NCBI GenBank assembly: GCA_046717065.1
Contig: JBKJVX010000255.1
Location: 9,833 to 73,832, forward strand
Direction of reading: 5' to 3'
Origin: Arthrobacter sp.
GTDB lineage: Bacteria > Actinomycetota > Actinomycetes > Actinomycetales > Micrococcaceae
Length of the DNA: 64,000 bases
Part shown: one piece after another, positions 27,884-37,706 of the stretch
Layout: every line of letters begins with the position of its first letter
Position numbering within the stretch: position 1 is the stretch's first letter
Notes under the pieces: model-generated
What the model was told of the DNA's origin: nothing
The model's input: the letters and a program-made list of their open reading frames with translations, nothing else
Databases searched by the model: none
Position numbers and translations under genes: made by a program

Positions 27884-28978
27884 TCAGGAGGCACGGCTGA
27901 CGGTTGCTTCAGCCAGCTTGCGCAGGGCGGTTTTCGGCAGTTCATGCAGTGGAAGCGCCTCGAGGGCGTCGAATGCTGCCCCGCCGAATTCATCGATCAG
28001 GGCTTCGGTGGCCTGCAAAGCTCCCGACTCTTCAATGATCCGGCGGATCTCAAGAATATCTTCATCCGAGAGGTCGGGGCTGCCCAGCCTGGCGTCGATA
28101 AAGGCAGATTCGGCTTCCGACGCCTGGTCCAAAGCCAGCGCCACCAACACAGTCCGCTTTCCTTCGCGCAGGTCGTCGCCGGCGGGCTTGCCCGTGGTAA
28201 GCGGATCGCCGAAGACGCCCAGCACGTCGTCCCGAAGCTGGAAGGCCTCGCCAAGGGGCAAAGCGAATGCGGAGTAGCCCCGGAGCAGTTCGTTCGAGGC
28301 TCCCGCGAGTGCTCCGCCGAGCGCCAGCGGATGCTCCGTTGAATACTTGGCGGACTTGAACCTGATGATTGACTGCGCCCTGCTGACGGCACCTGCGCGG
28401 TCCCGAACCGGGCCCGCAACTTCCTCCAGGATGTCCAGGTACTGGCCGGCCATCACCTCTGCACGCATGAGGTTGAAGATCAGCCGGGCGCGGCTGCCGG
28501 CTGCGGCGTTCTCGCCAATATCCGTGAACACTTCCTCGCTGAACGAGAGGCACAGGTCTCCTGTGAGGATTGCAGCGGCCTGCCCGAACCGCTCACTGTC
28601 CAGGGCCCAGCCGCGGGTCCCGTGGAGTTCGCTGAAGCGGCGGTGGACACTGGGTCCGCCCCGCCTGGTGTCGGAGCGGTCAATGATGTCGTCATGGATC
28701 AGCGCGGCAGCCTGGAACAATTCCAGCGCCGCTCCGGCCGTCACTACCTGCCGGGCCGCCGGCTCGCCGCCGGCGCCACGCCACCCCCAATAGCACATCA
28801 GCGCCCGCAGGCGCTTTCCGCCGGTCACCAGGTTGGATATGGAGCCCATGATGGGTTCTATGTCCGGTGAGATGGCGGACATAATGGACTGCCGGGACGT
28901 GAGAAAGTCAGTCAGTTCACCTGCCACTGCCGCCACAAAGGCAGCCTGTTCATTCCTTAACTGCTCAGCTGCCGTCAC
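27884..28978 (-). CDS. idsA: Polyprenyl (geranylgeranyl) diphosphate synthase
   Basis: GGKRLR, HDDIID (FARM), GQYLD, FQLRDDVLG (SARM), GDDLREGK. Confidence 0.9.
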   Translation of the reverse strand: MTAAEQLRNEQAAFVAAVAGELTDFLTSRQSIMSAISPDIEPIMGSISNLVTGGKRLRALMCYWGWRGAGGEPAARQVVTAGAALELFQAAALIHDDIIDRSDTRRGGPSVHRRFSELHGTRGWALDSERFGQAAAILTGDLCLSFSEEVFTDIGENAAAGSRARLIFNLMRAEVMAGQYLDILEEVAGPVRDRAGAVSRAQSIIRFKSAKYSTEHPLALGGALAGASNELLRGYSAFALPLGEAFQLRDDVLGVFGDPLTTGKPAGDDLREGKRTVLVALALDQASEAESAFIDARLGSPDLSDEDILEIRRIIEESGALQATEALIDEFGGAAFDALEALPLHELPKTALRKLAEATVSRAS

Positions 28979-29502
28979 TTGGCTGACTCAGCTGCCACGT
29001 TGGCGCCGATGGTAAAAGTGACAACACCGGACGCTTCCACGGCGGAGAGATTGACCGTCTCATTGTCTCCCCGAACAAAGTCCTTCGAAGCTACCGCCCC
29101 CACGGCCTCACCCGGAACTGCCTTGAACCCGCGGGCCTCCAGCTCCTTGGTGTAGAAGTCCAGGACGGCCGCAGTGGGGGAGGTGATGGTGGCAACCAGG
29201 GCGGCGGTGGCCGGCGTCGACGCCTTGTCGAAGCTGCTGGACACCACGCTCGCGCCCGGCATGAGCGGCAGGAGTTGCTGGGGGAATCCTTCGACGACAG
29301 CGCCGACTGTGGCGGACGTGTTGGGCGAGGCGGAGGGGCTGGCGGAGGCTGTCATGGTGGACTGGACAGTTTCCGGCGCAGAGGCGGAGGCGGCGGGATC
29401 CGGTGTTCCTGAGGGCGTTGGGCTACAGGCAGCGAGGGCCAATGCTGCCCCGGCAGCGAAAGCCGCCAAGGCTGCTGGCTTAAGGTTTCCAATGACCGTC
29501 AC
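28975..29502 (-). CDS. Putative lipoprotein
   Basis: Hydrophobic signal ending in lipobox LAAC, S/T/P/A-rich tether, small folded domain. Confidence 0.75.
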   Translation of the reverse strand: MTVIGNLKPAALAAFAAGAALALAACSPTPSGTPDPAASASAPETVQSTMTASASPSASPNTSATVGAVVEGFPQQLLPLMPGASVVSSSFDKASTPATAALVATITSPTAAVLDFYTKELEARGFKAVPGEAVGAVASKDFVRGDNETVNLSAVEASGVVTFTIGANVAAESAK

Positions 29503-29576
29503 AGGGACTTTCCTCCTGGTGTAGATGCCGGATTCAGCCTCCAGTTTAGTCAGTACAAAGCGATAGGATTGCAGCC

Positions 29577-30800
29577 GTGGGACCTGTTGGGACGAACGAG
29601 CCGGCCGGAGCAGGTCTTCAGCGCCGCAGGCGCAACTGCATTATGCACGTGGACATGGACGCCTTTTTTGTTTCCGTGGAACTCCGCACGCGGCCCGAAC
29701 TTCGAGGCAAGCCCGTCATCGTTGGGTATCCGGCGGAGCGCTCGGTTGTTTTGTCCGCGTCCTACGAAGCCAGGGCGTTCGGCGTAAAGTCAGCCATGCC
29801 TATGGCAGTTGCTATGCGCATGTGCCCCCAGGCAGTGATTATCGAGCCCCGGCACAAGGTGTACTACGAAGTTTCCGCCGGGCTGATGGCGATCTTCGGA
29901 TCCGTAACCGAACTCGTCGAGCCGCTTAGTGTGGACGAAGCGTTCCTGGATGTCGGTGGTGCCATCCGCCGGCTGGGTCCGCCCCGGAGCATCGGTGAGC
30001 TCATCCGGAGCCGGGTAGTCGCGGACCTGGGCATCACCGCCTCCGTGGGGATCGCTGAGACAAAGTTTGTGGCAAAAATAGCATCCACCCGCTGCAAGCC
30101 GGACGGTTTGCTCCTGATCGGGCCGGACGAGACAGTTCCCTATCTCCACAGCCTGCCGGTCGGGGCCCTCTGGGGCGTGGGCGCGAAAACCACGGACGTC
30201 CTGGCGAGGATGGGAATCAAAACCGTGGCGGACCTGGCAGCCACGCCGGTCTCCTCGCTCAAGAAGATGCTGGGCGCCACCGGAATCCATGTGCACAAGC
30301 TCGCGTGGGGGATAGACCCGCGTCCCGTGACGCCTGTCCGCCTTGAAAAGAGCATCGGGGCTGAGGAAACCTTTGCAGAGGACACCGCCGACGACGCCCT
30401 CCTCCACCGCGAGCTGCTGCGGCTTTCGCACCGTACTGCAGAGCGGCTGCGAAGTTCCGGAATGGTGGCCCGAACCATCGCCTTGAAACTGCGCTTCGCG
30501 GACTTCTCCACCATCACGCGCAGCCGGACCGTTCAGACGCCCGTGGACAGTGCCCAGCTCATATATGGAGTGGCGCTTCAGCTCCTGGACTCCGTGGCCA
30601 GGCCAATGGCTGTCAGGCTGGTAGGAGTGCGGGCCGAGCAGCTTGAAGAAGCAGCTCGGACCTCGCTCCAGCTGAGTATCGACCGCAGGGATGACAACTG
30701 GCGGGCTGCTGAGTTGGCCGTGGACCAGGTAGCGCGCAAATTCGGTGGTAATCCGGTCCTTCCGGCCCGGCTTCTGGAGCCGGGCAGCGGCTCCGGATAA
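29577..30800 (+). CDS. dinB: DNA polymerase IV (Y family)
   Basis: HVDMDAFF, SYEAR.FGV.SAMP, SVDEAFLD, AKIAS...KPDG; TAGGAT-7 nt-GTG. Confidence 0.94.
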   Translation: MGPVGTNEPAGAGLQRRRRNCIMHVDMDAFFVSVELRTRPELRGKPVIVGYPAERSVVLSASYEARAFGVKSAMPMAVAMRMCPQAVIIEPRHKVYYEVSAGLMAIFGSVTELVEPLSVDEAFLDVGGAIRRLGPPRSIGELIRSRVVADLGITASVGIAETKFVAKIASTRCKPDGLLLIGPDETVPYLHSLPVGALWGVGAKTTDVLARMGIKTVADLAATPVSSLKKMLGATGIHVHKLAWGIDPRPVTPVRLEKSIGAEETFAEDTADDALLHRELLRLSHRTAERLRSSGMVARTIALKLRFADFSTITRSRTVQTPVDSAQLIYGVALQLLDSVARPMAVRLVGVRAEQLEEAARTSLQLSIDRRDDNWRAAELAVDQVARKFGGNPVLPARLLEPGSGSG

Positions 30801-31074
30801 ACGCGGCAAATAAGCGGCCGGAAGCGCGCCGGGAAAGTCATTGCCGTCTTTCAGAACCGCCCTGAACAAACTATCCTTATAGATACGAAGTTTTTGAGTG
30901 ACGGACTTACTGCCGGACTCTCTTGGACATGCTCCCGCTCCGGCGTCTGCATGCCAGGTTTGCGTTTTCGCCACAGCCGGCGAAGGCGGGAACCACTAAG
31001 GCATGCCGGACGTTATCCGAGCAGTAGTAGTGGCTGGGATCAGCCCGGACGTTGGCCTACAAAAGGAGGTCGTG

Positions 31075-31449
31075 ATGCCGCTGTCGGAGCACGAACAGAA
31101 GCTGCTTGAGCAGCTGGAGAAGCAGCTTCACGAGGATGACCCAAAGTTCGCGAATTCCATGGGTTCGGACCCCGGGCGCTCGTGGTCGACGAGACACGTC
31201 GTGATCGGCGTCCTTTGTGCGCTGGCAGGCGTCTTCCTCTTACTGGTGGGCGTCACCCTCCAAAACATTTTTGTTGGTGTCCTGGGCTTCGTTGTGATGG
31301 GCGCCGGCGTCTACTTCGCCACGATGCGCAGCAGTTCGTCCGCCGCGAAGGGCGCCAAGTCCGGCACGGGCAAAGCAGGCAAACAGCGGAGCTCCTTCAT
31401 GAGCAGCCTGGAGGAACGCTGGGACGAGAGGCGCAGGGGAGAGCCCTAG
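31075..31449 (+). CDS. DUF3040 membrane protein
   Basis: MPLSEHEQKLLEQLEKQLHEDDPKFA, two TM helices, LEERWDERR; SD AGGAGG. Confidence 0.88.
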   Translation: MPLSEHEQKLLEQLEKQLHEDDPKFANSMGSDPGRSWSTRHVVIGVLCALAGVFLLLVGVTLQNIFVGVLGFVVMGAGVYFATMRSSSSAAKGAKSGTGKAGKQRSSFMSSLEERWDERRRGEP

Positions 31450-31517
31450 CCTCAAGGAGCGCCCCTGATTCGGGGCGTCCCCTGATCCCCCACTTTGCTC
31501 CCCCCGATGGGGGAACG

Positions 31518-31551
31518 CGCGAAAAGACCCGCTTCGGCGGGTCTTTTCGCG
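31518..31551. terminator. Terminator after DUF3040 gene
   Basis: 15-bp stem CGCGAAAAGACCCGC-TTCG-GCGGGTCTTTTCGCG. Confidence 0.85.
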
Positions 31552-31725
31552 TTTAACGGGGCACCACGACTGGCAGCGGCCAATCACAGCGGTGCATGTG
31601 GGTTTCGCTCAGGCGGAGAGCGGTCCGGGCACGGGCAAAGTCCTCCACTTCCCACCACCACCGCAATTCCGCGCGATTTAGCGGCTGAATTCCCAATAAT
31701 TGCGTCTCCACACCCCGTTTTCGCG

Positions 31726-31755
31726 TTGACTGTGGTGGAAAGTGGAGTAATGTGG
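31726..31755 (+). promoter_or_regulatory. dcw promoter with MraZ autoregulatory GTGG repeats
   Basis: TTGACT-16 bp-TAATGT overlapped by GTGG at 31732, 31742, 31752 (10-bp period). Confidence 0.75.
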
Positions 31756-31822
31756 AGGGCATAAGAGGGTGGTTGCAACATAGGGGATGTGCAGTTCCTG
31801 ACATCGGACAGGCGGTGGGCCA

Positions 31823-32251
31823 GTGTTTCTGGGCACGCATTCGCCACGTCTGGATGAAAAGGGGCGGATCATTCTCCCCGCGAAGTTCCGGGAGGAACTT
31901 GCCAGCGGACTGGTCCTTACCAGGGGCCAGGAACGTTGCATCTACGTCTTCAGCGAGAAGGAATTTGCCCGGGTCCACGAGCAAATGCGGGAGGCGCCAA
32001 TCTCCTCAAAACAGGCGCGGGACTATATCCGCGTCTTTCTCTCTGGAGCCTCTGACGAGGTACCTGACAAGCAGGGGCGCGTGACCATTCCACCGGCGCT
32101 CCGGGAGTACGCAGGGCTCGGGAGGGAACTGGCTGTCATTGGCGCCGGAACCCGCGCCGAGATCTGGGACGCCCAGGCTTGGAATGAGTACCTCGCGGAG
32201 AAGGAGACTGCCTTCTCCGAAACCGATGACCCCATTCCGGGCATTCTCTGA
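31823..32251 (+). CDS. mraZ: Division/cell-wall cluster repressor MraZ
   Basis: [34 protein letters not shown]. Confidence 0.96.
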   Translation: MFLGTHSPRLDEKGRIILPAKFREELASGLVLTRGQERCIYVFSEKEFARVHEQMREAPISSKQARDYIRVFLSGASDEVPDKQGRVTIPPALREYAGLGRELAVIGAGTRAEIWDAQAWNEYLAEKETAFSETDDPIPGIL

Positions 32252-32283
32252 CCGGACAGGGCAGCGGGCAGCTTTCTTGGTTG

Positions 32284-32369
32284 AGATCTCCAGCCGGCCC
32301 ATCGGCAGGCCAACCTGGCTCACTTCCCCGGAGCCAGGCGGGCAGGACGATAGGCGCGGATGGGGATCT
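32284..32369 (+). ncRNA. mraW RNA motif (actinobacterial cis-element upstream of rsmH/mraW)
   Basis: Hairpin CCTGGCTC-ACTTCCCCG-GAGCCAGG with CUUCCCC loop; outer AGATCTCCA/TGGGGATCT pairing; located mraZ-rsmH. Confidence 0.8.
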
Positions 32370-32416
32370 GGGCCAAGAACCCACCAGGTGACAGCGACGG
32401 CGAGAGAGGACGAGGC

Positions 32417-33406
32417 ATGAACGATCAACCGAAGCCCACGTCCGAACGCCATGTGCCGGTCCTGCGGGACCGGTGCATCAATTTGTTGGCTCCCGGTTTT
32501 GAAGCCGCCAGGAGCCGCGGTGAGACACCGGTGGCCATCGATGCGACGCTGGGAATGGGCGGCCACTCCGAGGCCATGCTGCAGCGCTTTCCGGACCTGC
32601 ACCTGATCGGCATCGACCGGGATGAAGAAGCCCTTGACCTCGCGGGGGAACGGCTGGCGCCCTTTGAGGCACGGACCGACCTTGTGCACGCCGTCTACGA
32701 CGAAATTCAAGAGGTCATCGCCGACCTCGGCGTCCCCGAAGTTCACGGAATCCTGATGGACCTGGGCGTTTCCTCGCTCCAACTGGACGAGCGCGAACGG
32801 GGCTTTGCGTACTCGTTCGACGCCCCGTTGGACATGCGAATGGACACCAGCCGAGGCCAGACCGCAGCCGACGTCGTGAACAACTACAGCGAAGAGGAAC
32901 TCGTCCGGATTATCCGGAAGTGGGGCGAAGAGAAGTTCGCCGGCCGGATTGCGAACAGGATCGTCGCCTCGCGGGCCGTCAAACCTTTCACCACAACGGG
33001 TGAACTGGTGGAGCAGATCCGCGCCGTCGTTCCCGCGGGCGCGGCCAAGTCCGGCGGTCATCCCGCCAAAAGGACCTTCCAGGCCCTTCGGATCGAGGTC
33101 AATGAGGAACTCGACGTCCTGGAACGCGCCGTTCCGGCGGCCGTGGATTCCACAGCACTGGGCGGCCGCATTGTGGTTATGTCCTATCACTCGCTGGAGG
33201 ACAAGATCGTCAAGGGAGTCTTCCAGGCCCGCTCCAAATCCTCTGCTCCACTCGGTTTCCCGGTGGAGCTGGAAGAACATAAACCGGAGCTAAAGACCCT
33301 GACCAAAGGCACCGAGGTGCCAACCGCCGTCGAAATCGCTGAAAACCCCCGCGCCGCTTCAGCAAGGCTGCGTGCCGTGGAACGTATCCGAACCAGGAGA
33401 GCTTAA
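32417..33406 (+). CDS. rsmH: 16S rRNA m4C1402 methyltransferase
   Basis: [53 protein letters not shown]. Confidence 0.96.
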   Translation: MNDQPKPTSERHVPVLRDRCINLLAPGFEAARSRGETPVAIDATLGMGGHSEAMLQRFPDLHLIGIDRDEEALDLAGERLAPFEARTDLVHAVYDEIQEVIADLGVPEVHGILMDLGVSSLQLDERERGFAYSFDAPLDMRMDTSRGQTAADVVNNYSEEELVRIIRKWGEEKFAGRIANRIVASRAVKPFTTTGELVEQIRAVVPAGAAKSGGHPAKRTFQALRIEVNEELDVLERAVPAAVDSTALGGRIVVMSYHSLEDKIVKGVFQARSKSSAPLGFPVELEEHKPELKTLTKGTEVPTAVEIAENPRAASARLRAVERIRTRRA

Positions 33407-34134
33407 TGAGCACAGCTGCCGTCAAGAACTTTCCCGTCGTTTCCGGTTCGGCCGCCAAGCAGCTTCCTGCGGGTTCGCCGGCCGGGCCGCGACGGAGCCG
33501 CACCCCGCTCTCCGTAGTCCGGACCGTTCCCCGCAAGCGCCGCGCCCCCTTTGTGGTGCTGTGCTTCGCCATGCTTGCCGTTGCCCTGATCGCCGTTCTT
33601 GTCCTGAACATTTCGGTGTCCACGGCGCAGTACCAGTTGGTGGAACTGCGCGCCAAGCAGAGTACGCTGACGAAGCAGAACCAGGATCTCACCCAGCAGG
33701 TCCAGAACTTCGAAGCACCCCAAAACCTTGCTGCCCAAGCGACGAAACTGGGGATGGTGCCTTCAACCGTCAAGGGCCAGATTGATTTGTCCACCCTGTC
33801 CGTCACGGGCAAGGCAACTCCCGCTGTCAAGGACGGCACTGCCGGGGCCGTTATCCCGGCGCCTGCTGTCGCCGGACAGCTGACAGTGGTTCCGCCGGCA
33901 ACCAAACGCGACCCCCTGGAAGCCCGGAAGCCTGTCGAGGACACGCCTGCAGCGGCCACCTCCGGCACTGCCCGTGACGCAGCCACAGGCAGTGCCCCGG
34001 CAGTTGCAGCTTCCGGCGCTGCCGCTGACGCTGCGCCCGCCCAAACGGCGGCGGCGCCGGCTCCGGCAGCGCCGCCGGTGGAGCTCCACGGCGGATCCGT
34101 TCCCGCGCCTGAGCAAAAGGTCCCCGGACAGTAA
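33406..34134 (+). CDS. ftsL: Cell division protein FtsL-like
   Basis: Single TM, coiled coil, LAAQATKLGM; lies between rsmH and ftsI. Confidence 0.8.
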   Translation: MSTAAVKNFPVVSGSAAKQLPAGSPAGPRRSRTPLSVVRTVPRKRRAPFVVLCFAMLAVALIAVLVLNISVSTAQYQLVELRAKQSTLTKQNQDLTQQVQNFEAPQNLAAQATKLGMVPSTVKGQIDLSTLSVTGKATPAVKDGTAGAVIPAPAVAGQLTVVPPATKRDPLEARKPVEDTPAAATSGTARDAATGSAPAVAASGAAADAAPAQTAAAPAPAAPPVELHGGSVPAPEQKVPGQ

Positions 34135-34181
34135 ACGGCAGGTCTGACAGGCAACAAGGTCGAGCAGCAAGGAATATCACG

Positions 34182-35984
34182 GTGGCGCAGAGGACCGGCA
34201 AGGCAAGAAGCGGCAAGGTACCCAACGCCAAAAAGCGCCTCCGCCTGGGCCTTGGCATGATGCTGACGCTCCTGCTGGTGGTGGGCGGGAAACTCTTCCT
34301 GGTCCAGGGACTGGATGTTGGGGGAATGGCCGAAGCCGCGCTGAACAGCCGCATGAAGCGGACCGTCCTGCCTGCCGAGAGGGGCAGCATCCTGGACTCC
34401 CGCGGCACGGTGTTCGCCAACAGCGTGATCCGCTACAACGTGGTGGTGGACCAGCGGGTGAACACCAAGACGGAAACGTTCAAGCGGCTGGACACGGTGG
34501 ACGGCAAAGAAAAACTGGTGGACGTCAGCCGGGACCAGGGGCTCACGGAGCTTGCCGCCGCCCTGGGCATGGAGAAGGACGCCATCCGGGACGCCGTTAC
34601 GGGCGTGCAGCCCTATTACATCGTGGCCAAGGACGTGAAGCCGGACATCGAGGACCGGATCTCCAAGCTGCAGATACCCGGCATCGTCACGGAGGGCGTC
34701 AGCAAGCGGGTCTATCCCAATGGCTCCGTGGCGGGCGGAATCATAGGTTTCCTGCAGGACGGCGCTACGGGCCTGGCTGGTATAGAACAGACCCAGGACG
34801 GACTGCTGAAGGGCGCGGACGGCGAACGCCTTTTCGAAATCGGAGCTGACGGCCTTCGCATTCCCGTGGGCGTGGATGAACTGACCTCGCCACAGGACGG
34901 CAAGGACGTCAAGCTCACCCTCAACTCGGACCTGCAGTACTTCGCGCAGCAGGCTATCCAGAGCCAGTCGGACAAGCTCGGCGCCGAGTGGGGCGTCATC
35001 ATTGTGATGGACGCCAAGACAGGCGACCTGGTGGCCATGGCAGACACTAATTCCCCTGATCCCAATGATCCCGGCCGTGTGGCGGCCAAGGACCGCGGGG
35101 TCCGCGCCGTTACAGCCGCATACGAGCCCGGGTCCGTTGAGAAGATGATGACGGCAGCCGCCCTGATCGAAGAGGGCAAGGCCAAACCGCTGGATTCGTT
35201 TACCCTCGGACCCACCTACACGGTGGACGGGCAGACCTTCAGCGACTCGTTTGCCCATGGCACCGAGGAGCGCACCCTCGCAGGCATCCTGGGCTACTCG
35301 ATGAACACCGGCACCGTCATGGCCGGCCAGCGCCTGAGCAAGGAGCAGCGGTACGAGTGGCTGAAGAAGTTTGGCATCGGCGAGGCACCGGAGATCGGGC
35401 TGCCGGCCACAGCCTCGGGTATCCTCACACCCTGGCAGCAGTGGGACGGGCGCCAGGAGTACACGGTGTTGTTCGGCCAGGGCGTGTCCCAGTCCACGCT
35501 CCAGACAGTGCGGGCGTTCCAGTCCATAGCCAACAACGGGGTGATGCTGCAGCCCCGGCTCATTGACTCGTACATTTCCCCGGACGGAACAGAGGAAAAG
35601 GTGCCGGCCGCACCGTCCCGGCAGATCGTGTCGGAGGCTACCGCCCAGCAGGTCCAGGACATCCTCGAAAGCGCAGTCACCGAGGGGCAGATCAAGGACG
35701 CGGCCATTGACGGCTACCGGGTGGGCGCAAAGACGGGCACTTCCGAATCACCATGCGACGACGGCAAATCCGGGTTCTGCGGCTACACCGCCTCCATGGT
35801 GGGTATGGCACCGATGGATGATCCGCGGTTTATTGTGGAGGTGGTACTCCAGCGGCCCAAGGGCAGCATCTACGGGATTACCAACGGGCCGGTCTTCCGG
35901 TCGGTGATGAGCCAGGCACTGCGGACCTACAACGTCCAGCCGTCCACGGGCGAACCGGCCCGGCTGCCCCAGTTCGCCGAGTAG
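34182..35984 (+). CDS. ftsI: Class B penicillin-binding protein (septal transpeptidase)
   Basis: RGSILD, SVEK (SxxK), SMN (SxN), KTGT. Confidence 0.93.
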   Translation: MAQRTGKARSGKVPNAKKRLRLGLGMMLTLLLVVGGKLFLVQGLDVGGMAEAALNSRMKRTVLPAERGSILDSRGTVFANSVIRYNVVVDQRVNTKTETFKRLDTVDGKEKLVDVSRDQGLTELAAALGMEKDAIRDAVTGVQPYYIVAKDVKPDIEDRISKLQIPGIVTEGVSKRVYPNGSVAGGIIGFLQDGATGLAGIEQTQDGLLKGADGERLFEIGADGLRIPVGVDELTSPQDGKDVKLTLNSDLQYFAQQAIQSQSDKLGAEWGVIIVMDAKTGDLVAMADTNSPDPNDPGRVAAKDRGVRAVTAAYEPGSVEKMMTAAALIEEGKAKPLDSFTLGPTYTVDGQTFSDSFAHGTEERTLAGILGYSMNTGTVMAGQRLSKEQRYEWLKKFGIGEAPEIGLPATASGILTPWQQWDGRQEYTVLFGQGVSQSTLQTVRAFQSIANNGVMLQPRLIDSYISPDGTEEKVPAAPSRQIVSEATAQQVQDILESAVTEGQIKDAAIDGYRVGAKTGTSESPCDDGKSGFCGYTASMVGMAPMDDPRFIVEVVLQRPKGSIYGITNGPVFRSVMSQALRTYNVQPSTGEPARLPQFAE

Positions 35985-36065
35985 CATCCGGTACCAGCAG
36001 TCGCACCAGCAGCACCACCGGTTCATCCATGCCGGGCACGATCCACTAGCACCATCGGAGATTCC

Positions 36066-37700
36066 TTGTCTGAGCTCAACCCGTCCGACAGCCGCGCCGT
36101 CCCGGAGGGACCGTCCGGCCAGGGCCGCTTCCGCCCCTCAACTGTTAAAGCTGTCCGGCTGGCAAGTATTTGCGAAGCCATCGGTGTGGCCGTTCCCGGC
36201 CCGGCGGCGGAGGTGGCAGTCACCGGAATTTCATTGAACTCACGTGCGGTGGAGCCGGGGGACCTTTACGTAGCACTCCCGGGTGCCGCCCGCCATGGCG
36301 CCGACTTCGTTCAGCAGGCCATTGAAGCGGGAGCAGTCGCCGTCCTCACTGACGACGCTGGCGCCAGGCTGCTGGCGCTGTCCACCGACATTCCGGTACC
36401 GGTAATCATCGTGGACTCACCCCGCAATGTGGTGGGGCCGCTGTCCGCCTTGATCTACCAGAGCCAGCCGGGCGCCGGGCGGCCGCAGTTGTTTGGCGTG
36501 ACGGGCACCAACGGAAAGACCACCACCACCTATTTCATCAACTCGCTGCTGCGCGCGCTGGGCCGGAAGACCGGGTTGATCGGCACCATTGAGATCCATG
36601 CCGGGGGCGATCCTATTCCCAGCCTGCTCACCACACCCGAATCTACGGATGTCCACGCGTTGCTGGCCCTCATGCGGGAACGGGGATTGGCAGCGGCCGC
36701 CATGGAAGTCTCGTCCCACGCTCTTTCCTTCCAGCGGGTGGACGGGGTGCTGTTTGATGTTGCGGGCTTCACCAACCTGACCCAGGACCACTTGGACCTG
36801 CACCTCACCATGGACGACTACTTCGCCACCAAGGCAGAGCTCTTTACGCCCCGCCGGGCGCGTGCGGCCGTGGTAACGGTCGACGACGAGTGGGGCCGCC
36901 GTCTTGCCGGCGGCGCGGAGGTGCCGGTCACCACCCTCGCCACCTCCGCCGGGACCGCTGCCGACTGGACTGTCACGAGGACTGCCGCGCGCGGGCTCGG
37001 CACGGAATTCACGCTGAGCGGCCCCGACGGCGCCGTGCTCACAGTACACACCGGCCTCCCCGGCAGCTTCAACGTTGCCAACGCGGCGCTGGCGGCGGTA
37101 ATGGTCCTGACGGCAGGCGTGGACGCCGGTACGCTGCAGGCAGCACTGGACGAGTCGGACCCCTTCACAGTTGCGGTGCCCGGACGCATGCAGCTGGTTT
37201 CCGAAGCGCCCGCCGCAATCGTGGACTTCGCCCACAACACGGATGCCCTGGCCAGGGCCATGGAGGCGGTACGGTCCCCCCAGCCGGGATCCAACCTCAT
37301 CGTCGTGTTTGGTGCCACCGGCCAGCGCGACCAGGGTAAACGTCCTGCGATGGGTGCCATCGCCGCGCGGCTCGCGGACACCATTATCGTCACCGATGAC
37401 GATCCCCACGACGAGGACCCCGCTGCCATCCGCGCGGACGTCCTGGCAGGTGCCCTTGAAGCGAAAGAAAAGGACTCCCTGGCCTGTGAAGTCCTGGAGG
37501 TCTTCCCCCGCGCCGAAGCCATCCGCCGTGCCGTCGCGCTGGCGCAGCCGGAGGACACCATCCTGGTGGCGGGCCGGGGCCACGAGGTGTGGCAGGAGGT
37601 CAAAGGCGTCAACCTTGCCCTCGACGACAGGGTGGAACTGCGCAGCGCCTTGACAGCCAGGGGATTCAACGTTCTCCGAGACGACCGGATAGAGTCCTAG
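36066..37700 (+). CDS. murE: UDP-MurNAc-dipeptide:diamino acid ligase
   Basis: [35 protein letters not shown]; specificity motif DDPH. Confidence 0.95.
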   Translation: MSELNPSDSRAVPEGPSGQGRFRPSTVKAVRLASICEAIGVAVPGPAAEVAVTGISLNSRAVEPGDLYVALPGAARHGADFVQQAIEAGAVAVLTDDAGARLLALSTDIPVPVIIVDSPRNVVGPLSALIYQSQPGAGRPQLFGVTGTNGKTTTTYFINSLLRALGRKTGLIGTIEIHAGGDPIPSLLTTPESTDVHALLALMRERGLAAAAMEVSSHALSFQRVDGVLFDVAGFTNLTQDHLDLHLTMDDYFATKAELFTPRRARAAVVTVDDEWGRRLAGGAEVPVTTLATSAGTAADWTVTRTAARGLGTEFTLSGPDGAVLTVHTGLPGSFNVANAALAAVMVLTAGVDAGTLQAALDESDPFTVAVPGRMQLVSEAPAAIVDFAHNTDALARAMEAVRSPQPGSNLIVVFGATGQRDQGKRPAMGAIAARLADTIIVTDDDPHDEDPAAIRADVLAGALEAKEKDSLACEVLEVFPRAEAIRRAVALAQPEDTILVAGRGHEVWQEVKGVNLALDDRVELRSALTARGFNVLRDDRIES

Positions 37701-37706
37701 ACCGAG

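Noticed and set aside
29503-29576. LexA/SOS box upstream of dinB (also checked Fpg/Nei and nrdR)
   Set aside because: No TCGAAC-N4-GTTCGA-like match found.
33210-35258. 682-aa antisense ORF and many similar long shadow ORFs (e.g. 12323-13816, 54009-55460, 57499-59271)
   Set aside because: All lie opposite or out of frame to clear housekeeping genes, with no recognisable motifs; a typical high-GC artefact.
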